A stretch of DNA of 64,000 nt. It comes from a virus. Location of the stretch: positions 64,001-128,000 of the IMG/VR virus record IMGVR_UViG_3300042691_050360. One strand, written 5' to 3'. The notes below the pieces were generated by a model. It saw only the letters and a list, made by a program, of their open reading frames with translations, had not been told where the DNA came from and searched no databases. Of this stretch, positions 1-9,285 are shown one piece after another. Made by a program: the position numbers and the translations under genes. Position 1 is the first letter of the stretch. The number at the start of each line of letters is the position of its first letter.

Positions 1-1
1 G

Positions 2-2710
2 ACAAAAAATAATCTTAGTAAATTTGGCAAATTTGCTATTGCATTAAACAATTTGAGGGAAGCCTGTGGCGTTCCTGAAAAAATAAATGATGAGGTGATT
101 TTTAGCACACCTCAGAACAATAAAATACCAGCTTCGAGCGGAGATAAAAAAATTATGGATCATTTCAAGAAAATTGCATCAGACCTTAAAAAGCAAAATA
201 CAGTTGCTTTAGCAATCGACATTAAGCTCGATGACCAAAGTGGTAATCGAGTTGTGCTCTCTACAGATAAGGGTATTAAAGGCTTCCATAATGGTCGGCT
301 GACAAATTGGTCACCCAATCTTACAGATGCTCAACTCAATCAAATGGAAAATGGCGATGGCTACCGTGTCGCCGCCGATCTGCTTAAAGATTTCTCTGAC
401 GTGGTTAAAACAGCTACCAGTATTGATGCACTTATCTCTCTCGATAAGCATGTGGAAGATCACCACGAAAATACTGAAGTTGTTATTTGCGATGTTATCA
501 CAGACCAGCATTCGGGTAGCAAAGACGAAACTATGCAGCAAAGAATTGATGGTCGAAGAAAGAATAAAGAGCACGAGACAGTTATGGAAGAGATGCTTGG
601 AGAAAAGAGAACGAAAGATGAAGTTCGAATTGTGACCGAGCTGGCTAAAGATGCCAAAAAGAATCTTGGTGATACACAGCTCGAAGACATGCTTCACCCT
701 AATTTTGGTCAATCAGCTGTTCCTGGAAAGGAAATCATGAGCGGTGTTATGAATGCCGTGGTTAAGACATGTGTTGCTACAAAAGCTAAACCAGCTGATG
801 TTTTGGAATTTTTAACCAAATCTGCATCCAATAAGAACTTTGCAAAGATTCTTAAACTGGCAAGACTCGGAACCACCGCTAGAGAGTTTGATTCAATTAT
901 GAACAAATTTGCTCAAATGGAACTTCCAGATGATGTTGCAGCTCTTCCTGAAACAACTTCGCCCGATATGGATATGCCTATGGAGCAAGCTGCTATTGAA
1001 GATGTTGCCGATGTCACTTCCCCAGAAGCCACTGAAGGAGAAATCATTTCCGCACTTAATGTCATCAAGGATAACTTTTCCACTGCAGTTGAGAAACTAA
1101 CAGAGCTTCTTGATAAAATGAACCCAGAAGAAGCTACTAAAGAAGATGACATGAAAGATGCTCTGGAAGCTGATGAAGCTGACATGGACGGAGAAACCAT
1201 GAAGGGTGCAGTTACAGGATTGTCACTTGCTGGTGAAGAGCTTGGTGAAAGCCCTGAGTCAATGATTGACGCTGTAAACGATATGCCAGTAGATAAGCTT
1301 GCGTCCAAGATTAACGAAGCTAGAAAAGCATCCAAGACTGGCCGAAGAGCCGCTTCAGTTAAGAGCTTGGATAACAGTATCGCTTGCTGGCTTGCAGATG
1401 TATCAAATGAAAGAAATCTTTCTACAGATAAGATTACACTAGCAGCTAAGCTTTTCTGCTCTTATAAAGAGGCCGCTACGAAAGTATTGGAGAAATCAAT
1501 TAGAACATCTGAAGTTGAAGTGGTTGATGAAACAATTCATACCACCACAATCATGGCCACCCTTGAAGATATCGGAGCCGATGTAGAAGATGCCGCATTT
1601 AATCAAAAATTCAGAGATTTCGCGGTTGACCTCCTTTCCAACTCTGGTTACGAAGTAGACCCAGGCACATTTGCACTTACTGAAATCAATGTTTCGGCAG
1701 ATGGAATGGTTTGCGGTAAAGTTAGTACACGAGCAACAAAAACATTTAGGCCAGAGATTGCAAAGGACATGAAGCCTGATACATATGTCGATAAAGACCG
1801 AGCTATGATGGAAATCAATTCTCCAGCTTTGATGCCAGATGGCATGCCGGAGAATATGCCAGGAATGGAAGTGGTTCCGTCTTCACCTGGAATGGGTGTA
1901 GAGGCACCAGTTGAAATAGTTATGTCAGAATCTGCAAAGACCACAAGAAAACTCGCAAGATTGAAGAATATAGTAAAGGTTGCACAAGGCCTTGGTCTTC
2001 CAGGTGCACCAGCTCCAGCTGGTGGTGCAGGTGCAGGAGCACCAGGAGTAGGTGCTATGGATCCAAATCTTGGTGGAATGGCAGGCGGCCCTGCAGATCT
2101 CGGTGTGGGATCCCTTACTGGATCTACTCCAGAGCTTGGTGAGCCAACAATCGATGAGACTCCAGAGCCAGGTAATAAATCACCATGGGGTTCAATCTGT
2201 CCTCAATGCGGTTCTAAGGATGTTGATATCGCTAACGGAGAAGGCAACTGTAATGCCTGCGGAGCTAAACTAAAATACAAGTTTATTGTTGAGGTGGCAC
2301 CTCCAGAAGAAGGTGGAACAGGAGAGGCTCCAGCACCCGGACTTGATCTAGAAGCTCCAGCCGCACCGGTTGGAGGACTTGGTGCTCCAGAAGCTGGGCT
2401 TGGTGCCGCAGCACCTGCCGCTCCAGCGGCTCCAGGAATGGCTCCAATGGCGTCTTCGCTCAGAGTAATGAAGAGAATTGCATATACCACTTCTGCTGAA
2501 GTTTACGCAAAATCATTATCTGACGGATTTAATCCACATACAGCTGACAAACTCCCCGTAGGGATGTGCTGTCCAGCTTGTGGATCAAGAACAGCTTCTA
2601 AGAAGCAAAAACACACATACTGCTATGATTGCGGAACAATGTCCGTATCAGAAGTGAAAAAAGTGGCTGGGCAACCAGGTACTTTGGAAGCAAGCATTGT
2701 ATGGATATAA
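2..2710 (+). CDS. Large head-morphogenesis-region protein, 5'-truncated at window edge; acidic, Pro/Gly/Ala-rich linkers, two pairs of CxxC zinc-ribbon motifs
   Basis: Frame is open from position 2 to the stop at 2710 (track start 53 is only the first TTG); CPQCG/CNACG and CPACG/CYDCG; directly upstream of scaffold and capsid genes. Confidence 0.55.
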   Translation, partial: TKNNLSKFGKFAIALNNLREACGVPEKINDEVIFSTPQNNKIPASSGDKKIMDHFKKIASDLKKQNTVALAIDIKLDDQSGNRVVLSTDKGIKGFHNGRLTNWSPNLTDAQLNQMENGDGYRVAADLLKDFSDVVKTATSIDALISLDKHVEDHHENTEVVICDVITDQHSGSKDETMQQRIDGRRKNKEHETVMEEMLGEKRTKDEVRIVTELAKDAKKNLGDTQLEDMLHPNFGQSAVPGKEIMSGVMNAVVKTCVATKAKPADVLEFLTKSASNKNFAKILKLARLGTTAREFDSIMNKFAQMELPDDVAALPETTSPDMDMPMEQAAIEDVADVTSPEATEGEIISALNVIKDNFSTAVEKLTELLDKMNPEEATKEDDMKDALEADEADMDGETMKGAVTGLSLAGEELGESPESMIDAVNDMPVDKLASKINEARKASKTGRRAASVKSLDNSIACWLADVSNERNLSTDKITLAAKLFCSYKEAATKVLEKSIRTSEVEVVDETIHTTTIMATLEDIGADVEDAAFNQKFRDFAVDLLSNSGYEVDPGTFALTEINVSADGMVCGKVSTRATKTFRPEIAKDMKPDTYVDKDRAMMEINSPALMPDGMPENMPGMEVVPSSPGMGVEAPVEIVMSESAKTTRKLARLKNIVKVAQGLGLPGAPAPAGGAGAGAPGVGAMDPNLGGMAGGPADLGVGSLTGSTPELGEPTIDETPEPGNKSPWGSICPQCGSKDVDIANGEGNCNACGAKLKYKFIVEVAPPEEGGTGEAPAPGLDLEAPAAPVGGLGAPEAGLGAAAPAAPAAPGMAPMASSLRVMKRIAYTTSAEVYAKSLSDGFNPHTADKLPVGMCCPACGSRTASKKQKHTYCYDCGTMSVSEVKKVAGQPGTLEASIVWI

Positions 2711-2712
2711 TA

Positions 2713-2739
2713 TAGGAGATTTGTATTAGCTTATAGAAA
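2713..2739 (+). promoter_or_regulatory. Candidate late promoter AGG-N19-GAAA
   Basis: TAGG-agatttgtattagcttata-GAAA; same spacing recurs upstream of about 10 other genes. Confidence 0.5.
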
Positions 2740-2775
2740 GGTACTATATCGAACTATAAACAATAGGAAACAAAA

Positions 2776-4533
2776 ATGATAGACGGTCAAAGCGAACAAT
2801 CAAAAACTAGAAAGGCAATGAAGAGACACGAAATTGTATCTTCAGACAAAGAGTCTTTCAGAGAATGTAAAAGTGATCTTATTAAGAAAATTGCTATGGA
2901 TGAAAGCGAAGCTGAAGATGTAGCCAGTTCAATAAGAGAGCTTTTTCTCCCAAAGCTTATGAAAGCAGAGGGTCTGGAAGAGGAAGATATGCCTAAAGAT
3001 TTTATTGGTAAAATGACCGATAACGACGATAACTTCGAAACTGAAACACTAAAAATTGAAGATCATGATGAAGACGAGGAAGAAAGCGATGAATTCGGTT
3101 TTTCTTCCGAAGATGAAGATCATGAAAATGATGCCGATGCCGACGATAACGAAGTAGATGCAAATGAAATCGCCACGATCCACATCACAGTTCCTGCGGA
3201 CAAAATAAGAGAAGTTGAAAAGGCTCTCGAAACTGTTCTGGGTGATACTGATGCTATGTCCGAGGATCCAGCAATAGATCACAAAGAAAACACAATAGGA
3301 GATGAAAATATGAACAAAGAAATTGAAGCTAGAAAAGCTTTACGAAAAACAATTCTCGCAGCTATGGCTGATGACGAAGAAGTTCAACAAGTCTCTCGAA
3401 AGGATGGTTTTGAGCATGCCCCAGGCCAACAATATTTCGAGGAAGAAGAACATTCTACGTTCAAAGGCAATTTGACCGATCCCGATTTCGGGACTCTCGA
3501 TTACGCAGACAATAAGATTCCAAGCTTCCTGAAACTTGAAAAAGACAAGGGACTCAAGGAAATCGATTATACAAACTTCGATGGAACCCCAGAGGATTCA
3601 GAAGAATTCACACTTGCATTCGATGCACTTGCTGAACTCGAAATCCCCTCACAAGGTGATGAAGGACTTTATCACGAACTTGAAATTCCATCCGAAGGTA
3701 AGTTGTCACTCAAAAGAACAGTCCAATCTTCAGCACTTGGAGAATTTGACGCGAACGTCGCCGAAGAGGCACTTGCGTTTGCTCTTAAAACCGCTGGTGT
3801 AGAAGAAGAAGACCTTGGCAAATTGACATACGCTGAAGCACTTGACTTGTTCAAGGCTATTAAGACGGCAGAAAAGAGCGACTGCGATGCAGATCGTGTT
3901 ATGGAAGAAACACCTAACAATCCTAAAGAAGCCGTTACAGAAAAGGAAAATCGAAAACACACTGGCACCGAAGAAATTGATCCAGAAAAAGAGCATGAGC
4001 GAAAAGGCAAAGAGCTTTATTCCTCTGCCGATGATCAATATGCTTCTATGCTCCGCAAACTTATGAAGGGTGCGTCTGAGCAAGATGAAGATAAAGAAGC
4101 TGGAGTCATGATCGAAGATCCAAATGCAGATGTCGTTGTTTCTGGTAAAGAAGATGCTGACGAAAAGACCAAAATGGCAAAAGAAGCAGAACTCTTCAGA
4201 GCACGACTCAAAACAGCCTATGCAATGTCAACAAAGCTTGCTACAGCAGGCCTATTGCCAACAGAAGAGCTTGACACTTACGCAGACGGCATGATCAGCG
4301 ATGGTCTTACCGTTACTGCTATGATTCGACAAACAAAACTTATGCTTAATTCAGCTGCTGCTAATTCAGAGAGGCTTGCCTCCAATTCAGCACCACGAGT
4401 TGCTACTGCCGGGATTTCCTTTAATCCTACGGTCAGAGGAGCTAGTGCAGATTTAAGCGGTGTATCAGAAATCCAAAACGCTTTGAAGAATATTGGATGG
4501 ACTGCACCACAAGTTACTGAGATGGAGGATTGA
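2776..4533 (+). CDS. Putative capsid scaffolding protein (highly acidic)
   Basis: 585 aa, very E/D-rich, helical C-terminus, SD AGGA, two genes upstream of the capsid protein. Confidence 0.55.
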   Translation: MIDGQSEQSKTRKAMKRHEIVSSDKESFRECKSDLIKKIAMDESEAEDVASSIRELFLPKLMKAEGLEEEDMPKDFIGKMTDNDDNFETETLKIEDHDEDEEESDEFGFSSEDEDHENDADADDNEVDANEIATIHITVPADKIREVEKALETVLGDTDAMSEDPAIDHKENTIGDENMNKEIEARKALRKTILAAMADDEEVQQVSRKDGFEHAPGQQYFEEEEHSTFKGNLTDPDFGTLDYADNKIPSFLKLEKDKGLKEIDYTNFDGTPEDSEEFTLAFDALAELEIPSQGDEGLYHELEIPSEGKLSLKRTVQSSALGEFDANVAEEALAFALKTAGVEEEDLGKLTYAEALDLFKAIKTAEKSDCDADRVMEETPNNPKEAVTEKENRKHTGTEEIDPEKEHERKGKELYSSADDQYASMLRKLMKGASEQDEDKEAGVMIEDPNADVVVSGKEDADEKTKMAKEAELFRARLKTAYAMSTKLATAGLLPTEELDTYADGMISDGLTVTAMIRQTKLMLNSAAANSERLASNSAPRVATAGISFNPTVRGASADLSGVSEIQNALKNIGWTAPQVTEMED

Positions 4534-4593
4534 TTACGAAAGCAATTGATCTACAAAAAAGGAATAAATTAAAACTAAGGAGAAAATAATAAA

Positions 4594-5382
4594 ATGGCAT
4601 TACGAGCATTAAATTCAGTCGTGGCAGCTAACTACAGCAAGCTGTCTATCGATTCTGTTCTTGCTGGCGACATTGTAGCATTCTCGAACTCGGGGAACGG
4701 CACGGCAGTTAATCCTGCTTGTGTTTTCCGAGCTGACAGACATAATAGCAGTGCGGCAGGCTTCACAGGACCGGTTCAAACTATCACTAACCTTTTGCGA
4801 GGTTTAATCGTTGGCGTGTGTGCGGACGACGCAGTAGGTAACAACCCTGCGGGCGAAACCCCAACAATGATCAACAACGACCCAGCGGGTTCCAACTTCG
4901 TCAATGGTAGTGCTTTCCAAAGCTACACCAATGGATTCTATGTTGGAGTTAAGCGAGCAATTGCTGACTTCAAGGACGAGTCTGTTGACGTTGTTACCAA
5001 CCTCACGGCAGGTATTCCTACCTATTCTTCGAGAGGCGTTACCGTTTACACCACACCTTCGTCGCAATTCGTTACTGACCGATTCGCACTTCTTACCGCA
5101 CAAAATGCTGGTAATGACCTAGCAAACTGGACAGGCACCACTGGCAGCACTGCTCCAGCACCTGGCGACCTTCTGACTGTTGGAGCGAGTAACGGCCAGG
5201 CTACGTCTGTGGCTGCAGCTTATGCTAACACAGCTCAAGCACCAACTGTTACCGGAGCTACCTCTGGTACAAACAACCGAGGACTTCTTGTCTCAGCAGC
5301 AACAGCAACCGCTGTTCCTGTTATTGGACGAGTAGACTTCTACGACTCAGGAGCAGGATTGCTTTACTGGACGTTGATCTAA
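4594..5382 (+). CDS. Putative capsid decoration/cement or minor head protein
   Basis: 262 aa, A/G/T/N-rich, strong SD AAGGAG, immediately upstream of the capsid gene; PAPGDLLTV and VIGRV motifs resemble decoration proteins. Confidence 0.5.
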   Translation: MALRALNSVVAANYSKLSIDSVLAGDIVAFSNSGNGTAVNPACVFRADRHNSSAAGFTGPVQTITNLLRGLIVGVCADDAVGNNPAGETPTMINNDPAGSNFVNGSAFQSYTNGFYVGVKRAIADFKDESVDVVTNLTAGIPTYSSRGVTVYTTPSSQFVTDRFALLTAQNAGNDLANWTGTTGSTAPAPGDLLTVGASNGQATSVAAAYANTAQAPTVTGATSGTNNRGLLVSAATATAVPVIGRVDFYDSGAGLLYWTLI

Positions 5383-5400
5383 TAAGGAGGATATAAAGAA

Positions 5401-6255
5401 ATGGCATTTACCAAGAATAGTGTTGAAGAAACAAGAAATCAAATCGTCGCCATGGCTCTTGAGACAAACGAAGGCAAAACTGCACTCGCTCAGGCAATGG
5501 TCGAACCAATCAAGAACAGCTTGATGTATCAAGCAATCGGTCGAAAGCTTCTGCTCGTCGATGAACTCCCGCAGGGTGTTCTTCCACGATATGAAAGAGA
5601 TGTTACCGCTAAGTCTTTTGTCGTTGGCAAAAGAGGTGCAGTTCCTACCTCCGAAATCGAAGCCGAAGAGCTGTTGGTTCCTACATTCGAAATTGCTGCT
5701 AACCCAGTAATTCGATACTCGGAAGTTAAGGCTCGACGATTCTACATCGTTGACCGAGCTCAGATTCGTGCAAAGGACTCCCTGCAACGACAAGAAGACA
5801 CCGAAGTGTTCAAGGTCATCAACGCAGGTACTCCGCAGGATCAGACCATCAACGTCAACGGTACAGTTCAAATTGAGCAGATTAACCTCGCTCTAACGCT
5901 CATCGAAGAGCACGAACTGATCGGTGCAAAGATCGTCGTTCCTCCGGCACGATACAAGGACTTCAGAGGCTGGGGCCCGGACGTTTACGACCAGGCAACA
6001 CAAAGAGACATCCTGCAGACTGGTCTGTACGGTCACCTCTACACCGCTGACATCCACCTCTCGACAATGGTTCCAAAGAACTGCGTGTTCATCATGGCTC
6101 CTGCCCAATTCGTTGGTGCAATGCCAATCCGACAGGACATCACCGTTCTGCCTGCAGACGATACACGAAGACTCAGATTGGGTTGGGTTGTTTACGAAGA
6201 GCTGGGCTTTGCCGTGATCAATGACTACGCTTTGAGTAAGATTTTAGTAAGCTAG
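5401..6255 (+). CDS. Major capsid protein (HK97 fold, recalled similarity to Bxz1-type capsid proteins)
   Basis: LAQAMVEPI..LMYQAIGRKLLLVDELPQG, PTFEIAANP, QRQED, GWVVYEELGFAVIN; SD AAGGAGG; followed by a terminator. Confidence 0.85.
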   Translation: MAFTKNSVEETRNQIVAMALETNEGKTALAQAMVEPIKNSLMYQAIGRKLLLVDELPQGVLPRYERDVTAKSFVVGKRGAVPTSEIEAEELLVPTFEIAANPVIRYSEVKARRFYIVDRAQIRAKDSLQRQEDTEVFKVINAGTPQDQTINVNGTVQIEQINLALTLIEEHELIGAKIVVPPARYKDFRGWGPDVYDQATQRDILQTGLYGHLYTADIHLSTMVPKNCVFIMAPAQFVGAMPIRQDITVLPADDTRRLRLGWVVYEELGFAVINDYALSKILVS

Positions 6256-6281
6256 AAGCTTTAAAGTTATACTTATCAAGC

Positions 6282-6309
6282 AAAACCCTGGAGAAATCCA
6301 GGGTTTTTT
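6282..6309 (+). terminator. Intrinsic terminator after the capsid gene
   Basis: aaaaccctgga-gaaa-tccagggtttttt. Confidence 0.85.
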
Positions 6310-6363
6310 ATTTTATTTTTATAATAAATGTATAAAAGTATTTTAAAAAACGTATAATAAAAT

Positions 6364-7668
6364 ATGCAACAAATTACTTTAACACAATCTCAAATCGAAA
6401 CAATTACATCAAACAACTACACAAAATCTCAAATCAAAGAATATCTAGGTATTTCTTTGCCAACGGTTGATGTCGTTTGTAGTAAATATGGAATAAATCC
6501 AAGTAGAGACCAAAGAAAATACAAGCCAAATGATAATTATTTCAAAACATGGTCAATCGAGATGGCTTATTTTCTCGGCCTTATTGCGGCGGATGGTCAT
6601 GTAAGTCACAAGAAAAATTTATTGATGATTAATCTCAAACAAACAGACCACCAGATAATAGAAAATCTTAAAAATGCCCTGGAGTATGACGGCCCTATTT
6701 ACACCATTAATAAGAAGGACGGACAGCCACAATCTTGCTTGACAGTAAGCTCAAAAGAAATTGCTAAAGATTTAAATGATTTAGGATTATCAGGAAACAA
6801 AACTTATGATTTTGATTGGGTAGTGGGAATGCCCGAGGAATATGTATCTCACTTTATTCGCGGCATTTTTGATGGAGATGGATGCATTCATTTAAACACG
6901 GAAAAGCATAATTATTCTGTTAATATTGTCGGTACATACAAACTCACTGAAAATATTAAAGTTTTTTATGATAAATTATGTAATACAAAATCTGGACATC
7001 TTCAGCCCAATAAAAATGTGCAAGTTTTGTATTACAACGGCAGATATAATGCTTTGGCTTTTCTGAATTGGATCTACACAGACTCCACACAATCTACGAG
7101 GCTCAGCAGAAAGTACGAGTTATATCTTCAGCTCAAAGACACAATCTGTGCGGAAGAACAAGTTCCAAATAACTCTCACATTAATCAGGAAATTGCAAAT
7201 GAGATTAGAAGTGATAAGCACAGAGAATCTACTTCAAAAGAAATTGCTAATAAATTGGAAATTAGCGAGCATATTGTTAATGACGTGAAATTGAATAGGA
7301 CATGGATTGATGAATCTTACGCTCCCACTCCCCCTTCAAACACAATCTTGATCACGCATGACAATCAGATTAAGACGATACAGGAATGGTCCGACGAGCT
7401 TGGGATTCCATATTCAACTATTGACAGAAGATATAGGATGGGTTTGCCTTCCGACCAAATCTTAGATAATTCTGGGAAGCGATTAAGCCTAGGCAAGACA
7501 CAATCTGAAAAGGAGAAGCAGGCATATGAATTAGCTTTTAATCTCCGCACAGATTATAAAAACGGTTTAAAGGGCAAAGCTTTGTACGAGGAAAAATACG
7601 GAATTAAAAAATCGCGGTATATTGACATTATTGGAAATCGCACTTGCAAAGAGGGTGAAATTTGGTAA
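6364..7668 (+). CDS. Free-standing LAGLIDADG homing endonuclease with extra HTH-like domains
   Basis: AYFLGLIAADG and HFIRGIFDGDG motifs; C-terminal KTIQEWSDELGIPYSTIDRR HTH. Confidence 0.85.
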   Translation: MQQITLTQSQIETITSNNYTKSQIKEYLGISLPTVDVVCSKYGINPSRDQRKYKPNDNYFKTWSIEMAYFLGLIAADGHVSHKKNLLMINLKQTDHQIIENLKNALEYDGPIYTINKKDGQPQSCLTVSSKEIAKDLNDLGLSGNKTYDFDWVVGMPEEYVSHFIRGIFDGDGCIHLNTEKHNYSVNIVGTYKLTENIKVFYDKLCNTKSGHLQPNKNVQVLYYNGRYNALAFLNWIYTDSTQSTRLSRKYELYLQLKDTICAEEQVPNNSHINQEIANEIRSDKHRESTSKEIANKLEISEHIVNDVKLNRTWIDESYAPTPPSNTILITHDNQIKTIQEWSDELGIPYSTIDRRYRMGLPSDQILDNSGKRLSLGKTQSEKEKQAYELAFNLRTDYKNGLKGKALYEEKYGIKKSRYIDIIGNRTCKEGEIW

Positions 7669-7698
7669 CAGAACTAAAAAAGGCTGTAAAATGAAATT

Positions 7699-7947
7699 AT
7701 GAATGAATATGAAAAGTTTTTTCAGAGAGAGCACGAGCGAAAATCTAACATCGACACAATCGCAAATGCATTGAAATCCAATTTTGAAACTAAAAATGCT
7801 GAGACCATTTCGCCAGATGGAAGTAAGCAAATGGTAACTAAGTCGTTTAATTCATCTGGTAAAGAAGTGTATACATCCAGCAAAGATGGAAAAAATGTAA
7901 TGACTTTTTCCACTAAAAAGCAATTGCTAGATTATTTAGGGGGATAA
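7699..7947 (+). CDS. Hypothetical protein
   Basis: 82 aa ORF with TGTAAAAT 14 nt upstream of ATG. Confidence 0.6.
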   Translation: MNEYEKFFQREHERKSNIDTIANALKSNFETKNAETISPDGSKQMVTKSFNSSGKEVYTSSKDGKNVMTFSTKKQLLDYLGG

Positions 7948-7951
7948 GATT

Positions 7952-7975
7952 AGCCCCCTTTTGGGGGGCTTTTTT
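7952..7975. terminator. Terminator between convergent genes
   Basis: agccccc-tttt-ggggggctttttt. Confidence 0.7.
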
Positions 7976-7977
7976 AA

Positions 7978-8955
7978 TTACTGCCCCAATCCCCAAAGAG
8001 GATATTGAACGAAGAGATTTGGATTAGCCCCTAGACCAACCGTTCCGCCTGTAAATCCGCGAAGAGCACCATTGGTTAGATTCATTCCAAATGCCGGGGT
8101 GGCACTTACACCATACTCCACTGCAGTTGGTGTGAAGGCGAGAAACTTACCCAATTGGTAATATTTTGCCGAGCCGTCTGCGTGTCCAACAATAACTCCG
8201 CCGAATGCAGCTCTTACTTCATCCGCTGGTACAGTTTGAAGTGCAGAGTAATTGGCTGTTTGCTTGCCGAGCTCCCATGCCCAGAACTCTCTTACAGCAG
8301 GAGGGAAAACGGTGACTGAATTTGATGAAGCATCTGTGCCGTATGCAATTGGCACAACACCGATCTGGAGGTTGCCAGATTCCATGAGAATACCTGCCGC
8401 AGAAGTATTTGGTAGAGCTGTCATACTTCCACCAAGCCAGCTATTCCGGAACATGGTTGATGATCCTGGTGCTCGATTCCAGGTGTTAAGCTGACCAGTG
8501 AGAGAGGTGTTGAGGAGATAGCTTCCGGTTACCTGTCCGCATTGTGCCCAGCTTCCAGCAGGACAGCTAGGGGTAGATGCATTGGTATTTCCGCGAGATG
8601 TGTTGAAGTAGAGTTGGACATTCTTAACATAAGGCTGTGTCCACTTCTGCCAAGAGAAGTGATTAACTCTGTGTGCAAATCCTGCTGATACTCCGCAGTT
8701 TACTGTACCAACTACGTTGTTGAGGGCACCGTTAAGACTAGAGTTTGCGATGCAATCATCATTGCGTGGATACATATCGTCATTATCGGCACCATACATG
8801 ATGACGCCAAGAGAGATCTGTTTTTGATTACTGATGCCGGTGGCTTTCTTTGCTGCTGCCTTGGCTTGAGCGAAGACGGGGAAGAGGATTGCCGCGAGGA
8901 TTGCGATAATCGCAATCACGACAAGAAGTTCGATTAATGTAAAAGCTTTTTTCAT
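7978..8955 (-). CDS. Prepilin-type N-terminal cleavage/methylation protein with H-X9-DG-type C-terminal motif (DUF1559-like)
   Basis: MKKAFTLIELLVVIAIIAILAAILFPVFAQAKAAAKK...SNQKQI.LG..MY..DNDD.YP; GHADGSAK near the C-terminus. Confidence 0.9.
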   Translation of the reverse strand: MKKAFTLIELLVVIAIIAILAAILFPVFAQAKAAAKKATGISNQKQISLGVIMYGADNDDMYPRNDDCIANSSLNGALNNVVGTVNCGVSAGFAHRVNHFSWQKWTQPYVKNVQLYFNTSRGNTNASTPSCPAGSWAQCGQVTGSYLLNTSLTGQLNTWNRAPGSSTMFRNSWLGGSMTALPNTSAAGILMESGNLQIGVVPIAYGTDASSNSVTVFPPAVREFWAWELGKQTANYSALQTVPADEVRAAFGGVIVGHADGSAKYYQLGKFLAFTPTAVEYGVSATPAFGMNLTNGALRGFTGGTVGLGANPNLFVQYPLWGLGQ

Positions 8956-9034
8956 AATTTTGTTGTCATTTGATATAAATTTAATTCAACCTAAGACATG
9001 TATATTGTACAAAATTATCCTGTAAAATTTAAAT

Positions 9035-9259
9035 ATGGAAGTTTCTTTTAGAAACTTAAAAAAGAATGTTCCCGCTATAATTTCAGAATGCAGGTGTAGC
9101 CAGAGATTTCTTGAGCTAGGTTTTTTACCTGGGGCGGAGATTAAAATTATAGGTGAATGTTTGCTGGGCGGGACAGTAATAGTTGAAACAAAATATGGCA
9201 CCTTTTGTGCTCGAAGGGATGAACTAGATATTGATTTGAATGTAATTGAAGAAGGGTGA
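9035..9259 (+). CDS. feoA: FeoA-family (SH3-like) protein
   Basis: RFLELGFLPGAEIKII...LGGTVIV...GTFCARR matches the FeoA signature. Confidence 0.75.
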   Translation: MEVSFRNLKKNVPAIISECRCSQRFLELGFLPGAEIKIIGECLLGGTVIVETKYGTFCARRDELDIDLNVIEEG

Positions 9260-9285
9260 AAGTTTTTTTTATATAAAAATATAAT

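Noticed and set aside
311-6217. Many short ORFs antisense or out of frame to the head genes (and similar shadows elsewhere)
   Set aside because: Fully nested in long genes, with no SD, promoter motif or recognisable protein features
6256-7700. Group I intron or intein hosting the LAGLIDADG ORF
   Set aside because: The capsid gene ends with a complete C-terminus and terminator; no intein termini or second exon visible
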